A stretch of DNA of 57,084 bases, taken from Phoronis australis. Lineage: Eukaryota > Animalia > Phoronida. The translations under genes and the position numbers were made by a program. The stretch lies in NCBI GenBank assembly GCA_002633005.1, contig NMRA01000381.1, positions 1 to 57,084 of the forward strand. Reading direction: 5' to 3'. The notes under the pieces were generated by a model. That model was not told where the DNA came from. It ran no database searches and was given only the letters and a program-made list of their open reading frames with translations. How positions within the stretch are numbered: position 1 is the stretch's first letter; the number at the start of each line of letters is the position of its first letter. This document shows positions 1 through 12,387 of this stretch, in pieces.

Positions 1-200
1 AACTGTTCCATGACAGGTCAAAGGAAACTGCAGCACTGCTAGAGAATACGGTAAAGGTGGTTAAAATGCAAAAAAATCTAGGTGACATAAAATTTTTCTT
101 TAATTAATGTAAGAATGCATAAAAAATCTGAAAATTTCTAGTTATCATCTCACCACAGAAAGACAATTTTAGGTAAATGAACTGTTTCAAAAACTTGAAT

Positions 201-1670
201 TACAAGAACGACGCAGATCGTTGAAATGCACCTATGACTGCACCGCAGACAGTGTGCTTCTAAGGGTGTTTTAGTTTCATAAAAATGGCCACTAGATGGT
301 ACAGAATGTGTTGAAGGCATTGCTGTCTCCCTGATACAAAGGTATTTGCCATATTTCATGAAAATCTGGTAAGGAACTCAACGATACAGAGGTAAAAATA
401 AAAAATACAAGAGCAACGCGGAGCGTTGAAATGCGCCCACAATTGCACCGCATACGGTATCCTTCTAGGGTTGTTCATTGGTACCATAAAGTGGCCAGTA
501 GAGGGCATACTTTGCAAAATGGAAAGGCATGGTCATTGTCTCCTCAATAGGCTAGGGGCAAAATGTGAGTAATCTTCATAATACAAGCACATCCTATACA
601 CCAGTTGCTTAAAGCACCACAGAAACATAGAATTAAAAACAAATTTACCAACATACGAGATTAGCACAGCATTAGAATGCCAGAAACAAATTTCTACTTG
701 GAACTTTTCCTTCACAGTCACGAAGTAACACAAAGTATACACCTGAAGACCTATGAAAATACAGAGGTCAATGTAAAATACTAAAATTGCCACTAGAGGC
801 AAATAATAAAATTGCCACTAGAGGCATACCGGTAGTCAGAATCATCCTAAAGTCGTCATCGTCCGTTGTCAACATCACATAAATACACTTGCTAAACTTA
901 GTAAAGATCCTGCCATACCAAATTTCATGAAAATCCAATAAGGACTTGTGAAGATACAAAGGTAAGCGTAAAAAAATTAAAATTGCCACTAGCGGGCACA
1001 CCGGTAGTCGGATCCATCCAAAAGTCGTCATCTTCCGTTGTTAACATCATATAAATATACTTACACAATTTGTAAAGATCCTGCGAACGGTTTAGGAGAT
1101 AGAGCCATAGGCGCAAAAAAAACAAAACTACCACTAGGAGGCGCCACAGTAGTCGAAATCGTCGGAAAATCATCGCCAACCGTCCTCTACATAGCAAGCA
1201 CATACATGCCAATTTTCACAATCATCCTTTGAGCTGTTTGGTTGATAGAGGGGTGGAAGCACAAAAACAGACTCGAAAACAGTAAAAATGGCCACTAGGT
1301 GGCGCAAACTATGTCGAATCCATCTGAAAACGGCAGGATAGCGTCATCTCACTACTAGGTGCCTACATACCAAATTTCATAAAAATCCGTTCGGGACTTT
1401 TGAAGATACAAAGGTAAGCGTAAAAAACTAAAATTGCCACTAGGGGGCACACCGGTAGTCGGATCCGTCCGATAGTTCGCACATGCCGTCCCATTCATGA
1501 ATGGAACATATGTGCCAAATTTCATGAACGTATGTAAAAGGGTTTTGGAGATAGAGCAGCGGACGCCGGATGCCAGACGCCGGACGGACGCCGCCCGGAC
1601 GGACCGACGGACGGACGGACAGAGATGACGGCATAATGCGTCCACATATAAATATGTGGGCACATAAAAA
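201..1670 (-). mobile_element. Non-autonomous Helentron-associated element (HINE/DINE-1-like), main copy 407-1670 plus a second terminus at about 201-230
   Basis: On the minus strand: T-run, subterminal IR folding back on itself (plus strand atgcgtccacatat-aa-atatgtgggcacat, 1636-1665), (CCGT)n microsatellite about 1580-1620, roughly 150-bp internal repeats (gccactagrrggc ... ccaaatttcatgaa), 3' subTIR (atgcgccc 431-438) and terminal hairpin (caacgc-gga-gcgttg 414-428). No transposase ORF. Confidence 0.75.
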
Positions 1671-1841
1671 TTACCATCAGGCACACAGCGTTAGTCAAAG
1701 CCGTACAAAAACTGTGAATAAAATGTCACTCATGCATTAATCAAAAGCTTTAGTTTCAACTAAGCCTTACAATTGTCAATCAGCCAATTGGTCACTAGGA
1801 TCTTTCCATGTTAAACTTGGTGACCAAGAAGAGTCTCTTAC

Positions 1842-4800
1842 CTGTTAATAACTGGTGTATGTGTACTCTCAGTGTCAGCTCCACCTGTTGTCAACTGACT
1901 TTCCTGCAGAAAGTCCCACACCTGCTGACTCATCTCCAAGTTTTCCCCATCGTCCTCATCATTGCCGTCATCATCACCATCGTCAACAGGAAGTGAATGG
2001 AGTATACTGTCGTTGTCAGGGTTGGACAGTTGTGAAATCTGGGATGAGTCTGTAGCCATGTCTACAGCCAACTCATTCATCACTTCAATCAACGACTGAT
2101 TTTGCGTGTCTTCTGAAATTTGGAAAGTACGGTACCGCAAGTAGGCACAAACCTATTAGCAAATCAGCTGCAAACTTACTCAACACCCTTTATCCAATCT
2201 CATCAACAGTTTACAGTTATCCCTCGGTAGGAGATTTTATATTTTTGTGAAACCCTGACATGGGTAAGGATATTATTGGACAGTAGAAGAAATTGGGTCA
2301 ACACTGCTGACATTACACAACACTAATATCAGGAAACAGCAATAATTGGGAATACACATTCAGTGTAACCAGAACAAAAGTGGAACATAGCTAACTATTG
2401 TGTTTGAATGTTCCCCTTTCTGTTAATAACTGACTGCACACTCAACAGTGGTTCAGACACTCACCAAGCAAATATTGGCTACCATGGAAACTCTGGCTTG
2501 ACGCCATCACTCTATAAACTGAGGCCTCGTCAACAAATGCTTCATCATCACTGGACTGTACTGGGCCTGAAGAAAATAACTATCACAAGATAACAGATCT
2601 CTCATTAGATAAGCAACAATGCGGTGAATTATACTATACTTCCTATGACATCATTGCACTTAGAAGTTACATTTCAACAAACCAAATATGTACCAGATCT
2701 CACATGGATTTCCTGCTAAAATGTCAATGGATCTTACGCACACTTACACAAGTCATGTTTTAACCTGCTTTGGTTTCACGTTTGGGTAAACTGCCGGTGA
2801 ATTGTTGGACAATGCTAGCTTCTATATTTCCTCCTGGCTAAGCACCTCAAAATAACAAAGTTTGGAATGTGTTCTAGAAAGTAACACGGACAAAATATGG
2901 CCTGTGTGTAAAAAGTATTGTAAAGTCTCTTCGATATACACTTTGCACATCTCTGACTTACGCCACAAATTTCAATAACTTTCAATTTACCTTTAGTGTT
3001 GAGACTTTCTGCAACATTTGAAGACTGAAGTGCACTCAATGATGGTTCTTTATCAGTCTCACCTTTAGCTCTGGAATAAAAGTGAATAATTGCAAGGGAA
3101 GACTGAAATCTGAAAACAAAGCTCAAGTGTATAATACCTATACATCACATATACATTATGTATACATTACGTATACAGTAAGTATACACTATGCATACAG
3201 TATGAATCAGTAGTATACTTCAATTGACTGAAAATACAATTATAGTGACAGTCATAAAACGGGATGAAGATAACAAACATGCAACATTACTTTGTGAAGC
3301 AAAATATTTACCAGAAATGGCATGTACGAATGTTCAACTTTGTCATTTCACATGGCTATGAATCTGACGCACAACTTAAAAACTGGAAATTCCAATAAAC
3401 TTTAGTATGATATCAAAGTCACAAAAAGGGTTTTCAGGGCCCAGAGTCCATTTATCTCTAGTATGAACTCAATACAAGTACTCTGTGCTTGAAAACGCTA
3501 TGGTGTACATGGACGACTGTCTAACCCTAGTTAGCACTTGATGTCTTTATTCTGTTGTTTAGTGACGACGTATCAGCCACTATCATAACAAAAACAGATG
3601 CCGAGTACCTCGAGAATATTTGCTGCAAAACATTTGCTAATCTATAAATTTATCCTCTACATTTTGAGGCTTGCTTTCAATCTTGATTTTTTATGATGGT
3701 TGCTGAATCATTCACACACCAAAAAGCATGTTGCAATGGACCTGCATTTTAACCTTTGGTGCACAGAAGTGACTACTGTTGTTTATCATCATACTGTTCA
3801 CACGTAACTATGTTAACTGTGATATCACTGGATGTTTATGAGCTCTCAGACTTCCCACAATGCATTTGAAAAACGACAGCAGCCCCGTAGATAAAATCTA
3901 TGGAATTAAAAGAGCGGCTGATTGACTTACACAGACTCCTTATAAACACTCAAGATTTGACAAAGTCTCTGCTTCAAATACACTTCACTGTCTGTTGTGC
4001 CAATGTAGGTTCTTTCTGAAATCAAACCAAAAGCGTGTTTCAAACAGCCCAAGCAGTTTCCTGGTGTTCAAAAATAAACATTTTAGCTAGAAACAGGTTA
4101 TTAATAAAAACAGGGCAGTACTATCAGCTTCCCAGAATGGTGGAGACAAGTTTAAATTTGTGGTATGAAGGTCTTTCAGAGTACAGTTGAACACTAAATT
4201 AACAATAGACATGGGCAGAGTCAGAAAAAACGATGAAAGCATAGACTTTTCTTAAGGCACTATAGTTATGGAGACATCAGGTTTTTTTACAAAGCACTCC
4301 ATTTGAAAAAAGAAACTTTTCAACATTTACTTAGAGTACACTTGAGACAATATTGTCATCACAATGCCGTACACCGTAGCCCTACCTTGGGAGTCTGGAG
4401 GGATCAGCTGGCTTGAGTCTCCCATCTCCCTGCACCTGTTTCTCTCTTCCTCCCAAAGGGCTACTAATCCTGGGTTGGTACCAAGATTAGCTAAAATAAA
4501 ATTTGTCATTGTGACATTAATATGTAATGTAGCTTATTACTATTTTGTAAGACCAGAAGCTGATTTACCACATGATCTCAGCAATGTTGGGCAACAATTA
4601 CCAAAATTGAATTTTTTTCAGTTTTCAAAAGCAGAAGACATTGATATGAATGCCCATGTTGAAACATTGTCTTACAGCAGCTGTAGCATAGAACAGAAAC
4701 TATGAGGCATTTATTTTGTGCTGCTAATCATTTGTTTTATGGAAAAATGGAAACATGAAACTTCACTTGTTAAACACATTGTTTCTTAAACTGGTGTGAG

Positions 4801-7800
4801 TTCAGTGTAACATCTTCATGCCCACCAGTCTTTTTACTCTATTAAAACAAGCACCAATCTGGGTAAGGAAGAGGTGCTTTCATGGATAACTGAGAAACTC
4901 AAATGAGAATCTTGTACATGTGCTCAAGTGGAGGAGTTGAGCCCGTGTCCTTCAGTTGAGCCCGTGTCCTTCAGTTGAGCCCGTGTCCCTCAGTTGAGCC
5001 CGTGTCCTTCAGTTGAGCCCGTGTCCGTCAGTTGAGCACGTGTCGTTCAGTTGAGCACCAAATAGCTTAACCATTAGACCACTGAGTATCAAATCAGTCC
5101 ACAAAAGAAAGGTCCACTTTGGCCATCTCTACGTCTTGTTGTTTTCCCTTCTTTTCCATAACATATACAATCAATGCAGTCAGTTTCTCACCGTGTACAT
5201 CCAATTTGTTGAGTATGTCAGCCGCCACTCCGTCCACTTCTAACTCACACACGCTGTGTCTTGTTTCGTTCAAAATAAGATCACTAAAAATACAATTACA
5301 ACCAGTAGAACAGTCAAGGTCATTCAAGATCAGTGAACTTCAAACATGAAAAATCATGAGTAGGAGACAGGTGACATCTAGGATTCACAAATCAAAAGCT
5401 ATGAGATCTTTACTGTCAAGAGCATGACGGAGGTCACTCCCGAGTGACCATTTTATCTAGACTTCCAGAACAGTACTCTAACAGTAAGACCTAAACAGGC
5501 TCAAAACTAGGCACTCAAATAAAGTCTAAGCAGCTGACTGGTTAAGACCCACAGCAAGACAACTACCATTGTGTTAAGATATCACCCACAGTCATGAAGG
5601 ACTCTAACAGCAAGTCTGTGTATTTAGCCACATATACACATAAAGCAGAAAGTCAGCAGAACTTTGTTTGGTACTTTATCAACTTGCCCTTTAATTGGGT
5701 CATGTGACCATGTCTTCTTAGAAATTAGCAAAAAAAGAATTTAAAGTACATTAATATTTATCATTCATATTGAACAATTTTAATATGACATAAATGTTCA
5801 AGATGAAATCTCACATATGCTGATACAGTTGCCTAAATTACCATGATTCCATTTTCATTGTATGAAAATTTAGATTTTTTTCATAAAAATCATACAATTT
5901 CAATTTTTCATAGCCCCCCATGCATTAGTGAAGACCCTGTTATTGTGAACTTGTAAACATAACATCACATTCCTGTGGACTACATTGATTTCCTTTCTAA
6001 TTTGGCACAAAAACAAATGACATCATTTGAATAAATTTACCTTCTTGTTGGTTCACACACACACAAACACAACAAACAGTATATTTACCATTTCCAAAAA
6101 GAACCTTTACACGGGTTTCACTTAAAGATATATGTATTTCATAAAGGCTTGTCCCAGCACATTAGTCTCTGGCAATAACTCACATTTCTTTTAAATTTGC
6201 TACTTCGTTGCTGCAAAATGTTGGACTTGTTCTTAAATTCTATCCATCACAACACAACAAACAAACCTGGGTATGTTGGAAGGCGTCCATTTTTGGTGAC
6301 TTGATTTATTAGTTGTATTCTCATCAGAAATATCAAACAAATCTGAGCCAAAAGACGCATCGTGATGATCACCTGAAATCCAATTGTAGAATTAAGGCCA
6401 TCGCCGTGACTTGCCAAATCACATCAACATGACCCTTCTCCTCACACTGGCTAGCTTGAGACACATAAAGAAAACCATGGGAAATAAACACAATTAAGCA
6501 TTGACAATACAAAAATAAAATGCAGTTTTGAAATTAAATCTACGATGCACAACCCACCTCCACAAATGAGCTGGCTTGTAATATATTATGATTATTCTGG
6601 GTAGACTTCTTAATGACTGAGCAACAGTTTTCAGTACAGCTACTGAGGAAATACAGCAGAACTACAGATACAATAGGTATAATAGTCATAACTCAAAGGT
6701 AAATATACTTACCTTGCAATGTATCACTTCTAAATTTGACCGTAGCAAAATTGATGACGTTCATTCCATAGAGATTGTAGTCAATGAAAAACTGGAGAGC
6801 GTACGGAATATGCGATTCATGGGGCTGAAATAACTTGTTCATGACAGCTCCACCAAGCAAGAGGTCAGCTACCCTGTAGATGAACAGTAAAATTCATCAA
6901 TGACACATTGAATCACTGGTAGAGGTGTGATAGTGGCATCTATGGCAGTCAATGGCATAGATGATGATTTAGCAGGCATGAATTCACTTGATAATATAAA
7001 AATATTAATAACGATAATGCAGTGAACAGGTGATCCCTAAAGACTTTTCCATAACAAAGACAGGTATTATGTATGTATGTATGTATTCATGTATGTTTGT
7101 ATGTAAACTATGTACCTTCATGTAAAATCAAATTTTGACTGATGCATTACACTAAAAGACAACATAGTAAAGATCCAATGCACTTTACTTTATTGTGTCA
7201 ATAAATTAAAACGGCGTCGGTTCTTTTCATGAATATGTTTGGGTGGCTATCAATTTTATTACAGCCAATAGATGTCAATAATCAGAGTGTGGTGTTGAAC
7301 ATACTTGGATAGCTAACAATCTTATTAAATCCAATAGATGTCACTTAATCACTGTGTGGTGTTGAATCTTATTACATACTGTAACAACAGATGTCACTTA
7401 ATCACAGTGTGGTGTTAATGCTCATTACACCCAATAGATGTCCCTTAATCACAGTGTGGTGTTAATGCTCATTACATACTGTAACAATAGATGTCACTTA
7501 ATCACTCTGTGGTGTTTAATCTCCTCAGATACAGTAACAATAGATGTCACTTAATCACTGTGTGGTGTTGATCAAGCTGTAAAACAAGCAATTGCTTACT
7601 TTTTCACCAAAAGTGGATTGTAGAGATAAATCTTCAGGAACTGCTGTTCACTTGGATGATAACCGTAGAATGGTCTGCAAAGTCCAGATAACAATTACAG
7701 AATAGACAACAACAAGAAACTTAGCATGGGTGGCAGTTTGTTTTGGGAAAAAATTAAGGAATGTTCGAGCAAGCCTTCATAATGACCCATTGATATGGTG

Positions 7801-9979
7801 AAATTCCATCAATTTCATATAAAGACAATTGTCGCAATCAACTTTTCTTCATTTTTCACAAGTTTCCAACTTAGTTTAGAATGCTTGTAATTTTTCAAAA
7901 CACTGTCAGATGCAGAACTTGAAACATTCGCTTATCCACCCTATTATGCCCTATTAAGAGATTTACACAAAATGGTGGGCAATTACAACAATCTAAGCCA
8001 GACTCCAATTCTTTATGGGTCCTATGTTCACCTGGTTACAACCAATCACATTGCAGCACACTCATCATCAACATGTTAAGTTGCCACAAAGTGACAGATG
8101 AACTAAAGACTAGTGAAGACTTCAAAAATATGGACATGTTTCAGTGAAGACTTCAAAAATATGGACATGTTTCAGTGAAGACTTCAAAAATATGGACAAG
8201 TTTCAGTGAAGACTTCAAAAATATGGACATGTTTCAGTGAAGACTTCAAAAATATGGACATGTTTCAGTGAAGACTTCAAAAATATGGACATGTTTCAGT
8301 GAAGACTTCAAAAATATGGACATGTTTCAGTGAAGACTTCAAAAATATGGACATGTTTCAGTGAAGACTTCAAAAATATGGACATGTTTCAGTGAAGACT
8401 TCAAAAATATGGACATGTTTCAGTGAAGACTTCAAAAATATGGACATGTTTCAGTGAAGACTTCAAAAATATGGACATGTTTCAGTGAAGACTTCAAAAA
8501 TATGGACATGTTTCAGTGAAGACTTCAAAAATATGGACATGTTTCAGTGAAGACTTCAAAAATATGGACATGTTTCAGTGAAGACTTCAAAAATATGGAC
8601 ANATTATCTCTAATAGTTGACGGTTAGATATATCTGTAGTCTTCGGGCTCGTCTCACTTCTAGGCATATAGGACGAAATGCTTCGAGTCACTGACCTGTC
8701 ACTGGCTGAAGGTGTTGTTGTCTTTCTAGACCCAGGCATTATCGCTAATATTTATATGACTACCACAGATACATGTTCAGGAGGCTCCTGATTTATATGA
8801 CTACCACAGATACGTGTTCAGGAGGCTCAACACTTTTTTAACAAACACAAATGTTGCCAAAAATATTCAAGATAATGGCTTCAGTGATCTCAATTAAACA
8901 TCAGATGAAGCTAAAACAAAATTACAGTTTCCAGTTACTGTTTTATCTCTCAGCTATTGTTAGCGCACACTTACACCTTGAATTTTGTTCGGCGATCTGG
9001 TTAAATTGCCAAGTCACCACAAAGTTGCCACGCACACAACCGAGTGAGCACATACTTAAAGTACCACAAGAAGTAAAAAGACGGGATTCCAAATTGTCTG
9101 GCAAAAATCAGAAGGGGTCACCCATGACTTGTGCACAGATGAAGTGTTATGGTTGTCAGTTTTGGCGTTAGATAGGAGGCGAGCATACATGGAATTCTGG
9201 GCCCTAGAAGCACGGGAGACACTTCTAATTTTCTGTTAGGCTAAAAAATGCCATTCACGTGAGCTTGTGTGCTCTAGCAAATGTCCCACTTAGTTCGCCG
9301 GTACTTCCAATTCAGGTACCATGTTTTTATCATTTTTGCCAACTTTATGCAGTTTCTAGGGGCCAGGACCTTCGAAACTTGGCATGCAGGGTTTCCTTGT
9401 TTTGGCGACCTAGAAATCTTACCAGGTCACATTTGGTGACTTGACATAACGCTAAGCATTGAACCCTGCTGGCCTATTTTGCAATAACCAGCAGCACCAA
9501 CAGTTTTACTCACACTCCTGTAACTATGCTGATCTTATACACATGCTGTTTGTTGGAGGTTGGCTTGCCAAAAGCTATATTCACGGCCTTGTCTACACTG
9601 GCAGCGAACTGTCGGAGGTAGAGTTCAGCTGGTTGACTGCCATCGTAGGGGACGTATAGGTATGGAAACACACCATGGACATGAATGCATGCCTTCTGAC
9701 CTGTATGAATATAACAAGTACAAAAAACAGATAATGGGCACCATCAATTATTTTTTACAAAAGAAAACTTAAATGTTGGACTATGAATAATTAACTATCA
9801 TACAAACAGATTTCCTGTTTTAAAAATTGTTGCTACACACCGGCAAGACTGGGTCCAAATATTCGGATGACTGGAACCTGGGTGACTTCGCTTCCTCTGA
9901 AATTTGACCACATAACGTCAAGATCAGTGACCGGCGTGGCTAAGTAGTGGTCAGTAGTTACAATACGAGCAGAGAACAT
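1842..9979 (-). CDS. REV3L: DNA polymerase zeta catalytic subunit, 5' coding exons (gene continues off the left edge)
   Basis: Spliced GT-AG exons with consistent phases: 9979-9841 (MFSARIVTTDHYLATPVTDLDV...VPVIRIFGPSLAG), 9700-9514 (QKACIHVHGVFPYLYVPYDG...KQHVYKISIVTG), 7674-7600 (PFYGYHPSEQQFLKIYLYNP), 6873-6713 (GGAVMNKLFQPHESHIPYALQFFIDYNLYGMN), 6372-6267, 5283-5192 (SVCELEVDGVAADILNKLD), 4490-4386 (NPGLVALWEEERNR), 4015-3931, 3070-2991 (or 3070-2962 plus 2837-2765), 2566-2465, 2112-1842. These are the hallmark N-terminal motifs of Rev3/REV3L. Confidence 0.95.
4922..5086 (-). mobile_element. Degenerate tRNA-derived SINE head
   Basis: Minus strand: ctcag TGGTCTAATGG ttaag (A box) ... gaaggacac GGGCTCAACTCC (B-box-like). 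Confidence 0.5.
4935..5058. repeat. 19-bp minisatellite (agttgagcccgtgtccttc), about 6.5 copies, inside a SINE head
   Basis: Direct tandem copies visible in the sequence. Confidence 0.9.
7267..7572. repeat. Degenerate intronic minisatellite, about 45-65 bp unit (aatagatgtcacttaatcacagtgtggtgtt...), about 6 copies
   Basis: Repeated core seen six times in the intron just after REV3L exon 7674-7600. Confidence 0.85.
8112..8601. repeat. 31-bp minisatellite (agtgaagacttcaaaaatatggacatgtttc), about 16 copies, ending at an assembly N (8602)
   Basis: Near-perfect head-to-tail copies with no spacers. Confidence 0.97.
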
Positions 9980-9990
9980 GCTTTGCTCAC

Positions 9991-10002
9991 TCACTGGTCC
10001 AT
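9991..10002 (-). promoter_or_regulatory. Minimal out-of-frame uORF (ATG GAC CAG TGA) 23 nt upstream of the REV3L start
   Basis: Minus strand reads ttgttccag|ATGGACCAGTGAgtgagcaaagcATGTTC; the uATG lies directly after a pyrimidine-rich splice acceptor (AG at 10004-10003). Confidence 0.55.
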
Positions 10003-11664
10003 CTGGAACAATATACACAATTTCACAATGAAATCACTATAATTTGCCAGCAATCTTTTTTGTATGCATAATTCATTGAAGACATGACGTTATTCAGTTT
10101 TACGAGTTTAATTTCGGTTCTTGTTCTTTCAAACTCCCTAAAAAGAGATCTTGTCTCAACCTCACAATAGTGCAATAAAAATCCAATCCACATCAGTAGA
10201 CAACATAATATACAAAGTGATATTTCCAGACGCATATTTCATCTTCAGGCTTGCATTTACTACTAGTTCACAGTAAAGACGCTATACTCACTTATATGCA
10301 GCAAGAGCCTGCCAACGATGCCAAAGCAAAGGGTTTCAAAAAGATCATGCCAATAAAAGTAACACATTTTTGTATACATTTGCATTAAATTTGGATGGTG
10401 TTCTGGTCAATGTTTCAGTGTCAGATTCAATAAACAAGTTAGAGGGTTTTCTCAGTGATGCTATAGCTATGACTACTAATGAGGTTGGTAAAAATGATGA
10501 TCGTAACTATACCAGCAGGTACAAATGAGGGTGACAGAGATGATGCGTGGCTAGGACTAAGATAGGGCATCATATAACTTACCGTATGTAGATATCAGAA
10601 TTTAGCGCTCCTTAACTCCCAAAATGTGATTTGTGAGTTGACTGACAGAAAAATGCAACTAGTAATATCTGTCTAGAGTTCAATTCTTTGGCAAGTGCCA
10701 TTTTGAAAGTAAAAGATTTAGTTAAAATGACAAAAATAGACAAAAGGAAAAGGACTAACCATGTCAATTTCTTTTTGTAATTTGAAATTTGGACCAATGA
10801 CTACCAGACAGTACAGTTTAGAGACAAGTGGAAGCGAGGCAAGCACAACAGGCTAGGTCATAGGTCAACTTTATATGGATTACAATAGTAGTGAGGGGAG
10901 TATTACACATTGCAGAGTTCAGTAATGAGTCATTTAAACAGTTTGATTGGTTAGTCACGGGTACTACACCAATTTGGACCAAAGCTGTGTTGTGTATGCA
11001 TAGGCTGTGGTCCATGTTTTTGTAAATGATTTTTCTGTACAATAATTCTTCACTTATTTAGCACACAATACGTCACATCCCCTGGTGCAAATAGAGTAAA
11101 AATGGCCAGTTACTGACTTTGGCAAATAAGGGCTGTTCAAAAGAGATTTGATTGCAGTTGTACTTGTTTGAGCCCGAAAGATTTAAAAACATCAACAGCT
11201 TGTCCTTCTACCTGCAAAAGCCACTAATAACAACGTGACTTTGATGGTTTAATCAGTGCAAGGCATAATTCACCAACTGAAAAAGCTTCCACTGTATGGG
11301 GCGCTTATGGGATGGCCACAGTCTCTACTGGGGCCATTTGAGACGACAGTGCTGTCTATTATTTGTAGATGTTCTTGCTGATAATGAAAACAAGAGAGGT
11401 TCCTATCTTATTTCTGTAACATGTCCTTACATATTCAACCATCATCATCTCATGGCTCATCACTCTTTAAAGAGCTGATCATTGGTCCAACATCAGCAGC
11501 ACCTAGTAAAATGAACACTAGCATACCCGTAGTCATTACCAAGTGTATAAACAGTGGATAAAGACAGTGAACTCCTATAGGAAGCTTTTTGGTGAATTAT
11601 GTCTCACACTGATCAAAGCATCAGAGTCACAATATTGTAAGTATCTTTTGCATAATCAGAAGAA

Positions 11665-12105
11665 CCCCTCAAGAGGCCGCTGTTGTGTGTAATTCTTTCA
11701 AACTTGAACAAATACTCCGGTAACGAAACTTTTTTCAAACAGTCCTTAACTGAGTTGCCCAAATCGGCAACTGGCCATTTTTACAAGTTGCGCATGCTTC
11801 TATTTTAATCGCGCCCAGTGGGGCGTAGGCGCATATAGGTGCAGCCAACCACCTTTTGGCATTTGAACGTAGCGCCTACGCACCGTAAGTTACATTCAGT
11901 GCTAAAGGTGATATGGGGAGCTCTAGGCGCCTACTTACCTCTAATTTTACCACTACAGCACTGCCCGCCAGGAGCATGCACAGGGTTAAAATGGCCACTT
12001 GCTGATTTGAGCAACTCAACGAAGGACTACTCGAAAAAAAGTTTGATCACGGGAGTCGTTGTTTCAGCTGGAAGGAATTAAAGACACCGATGGCCTCCTA
12101 AGGTG
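11665..12105. mobile_element. MITE-like element with about 135-bp imperfect terminal inverted repeats
   Basis: 11665-11800 (aactttttt..agtcctt..tgagttgcccaaatcggcaactggccatttt..gcatgct) is the reverse complement of about 11971-12105. Confidence 0.75.
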
Positions 12106-12267
12106 TCCCTCTATAAGCGCAAAGGGTACTTATAACAACGTGACTTTGATGTTTTATCAGTGTAAAGCATAATTCAACGAAAAGCTTCCGGCTTGTGAAG
12201 TCATAGGAGCTTCAGTGTCTCTACTGGGGCCAGCTAGAGGGGGTGGTCACTGTCTATCCCAACCATC

Positions 12268-12387
12268 ACTGGTCGGATATAGTGCCAGGTCGCTCATTTT
12301 TAGAAACAGTTTTATCCACTGAATAACAGGCCCGTTATTCAGTGATTGCCTGGTTCTCAAAATCAGGGACCGCTATATCCAACCAGT
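12268..12387. repeat. 120-bp fold-back hairpin (small MITE or structured element)
   Basis: Outer arms actggtcggatatag / ctatatccaaccagt; perfect inner stem cactgaataac-aggccc-gttattcagtg (12317-12344). Confidence 0.75.

Noticed and set aside
150-1684. Short ORFs with repeated PLVAIL/DPTTGVP peptides
   Set aside because: Translations of the non-coding HINE core repeats.
8112-8601. 31-bp repeat array as a CRISPR
   Set aside because: Head-to-tail copies with no spacers, no cas genes, inside a eukaryotic intron.
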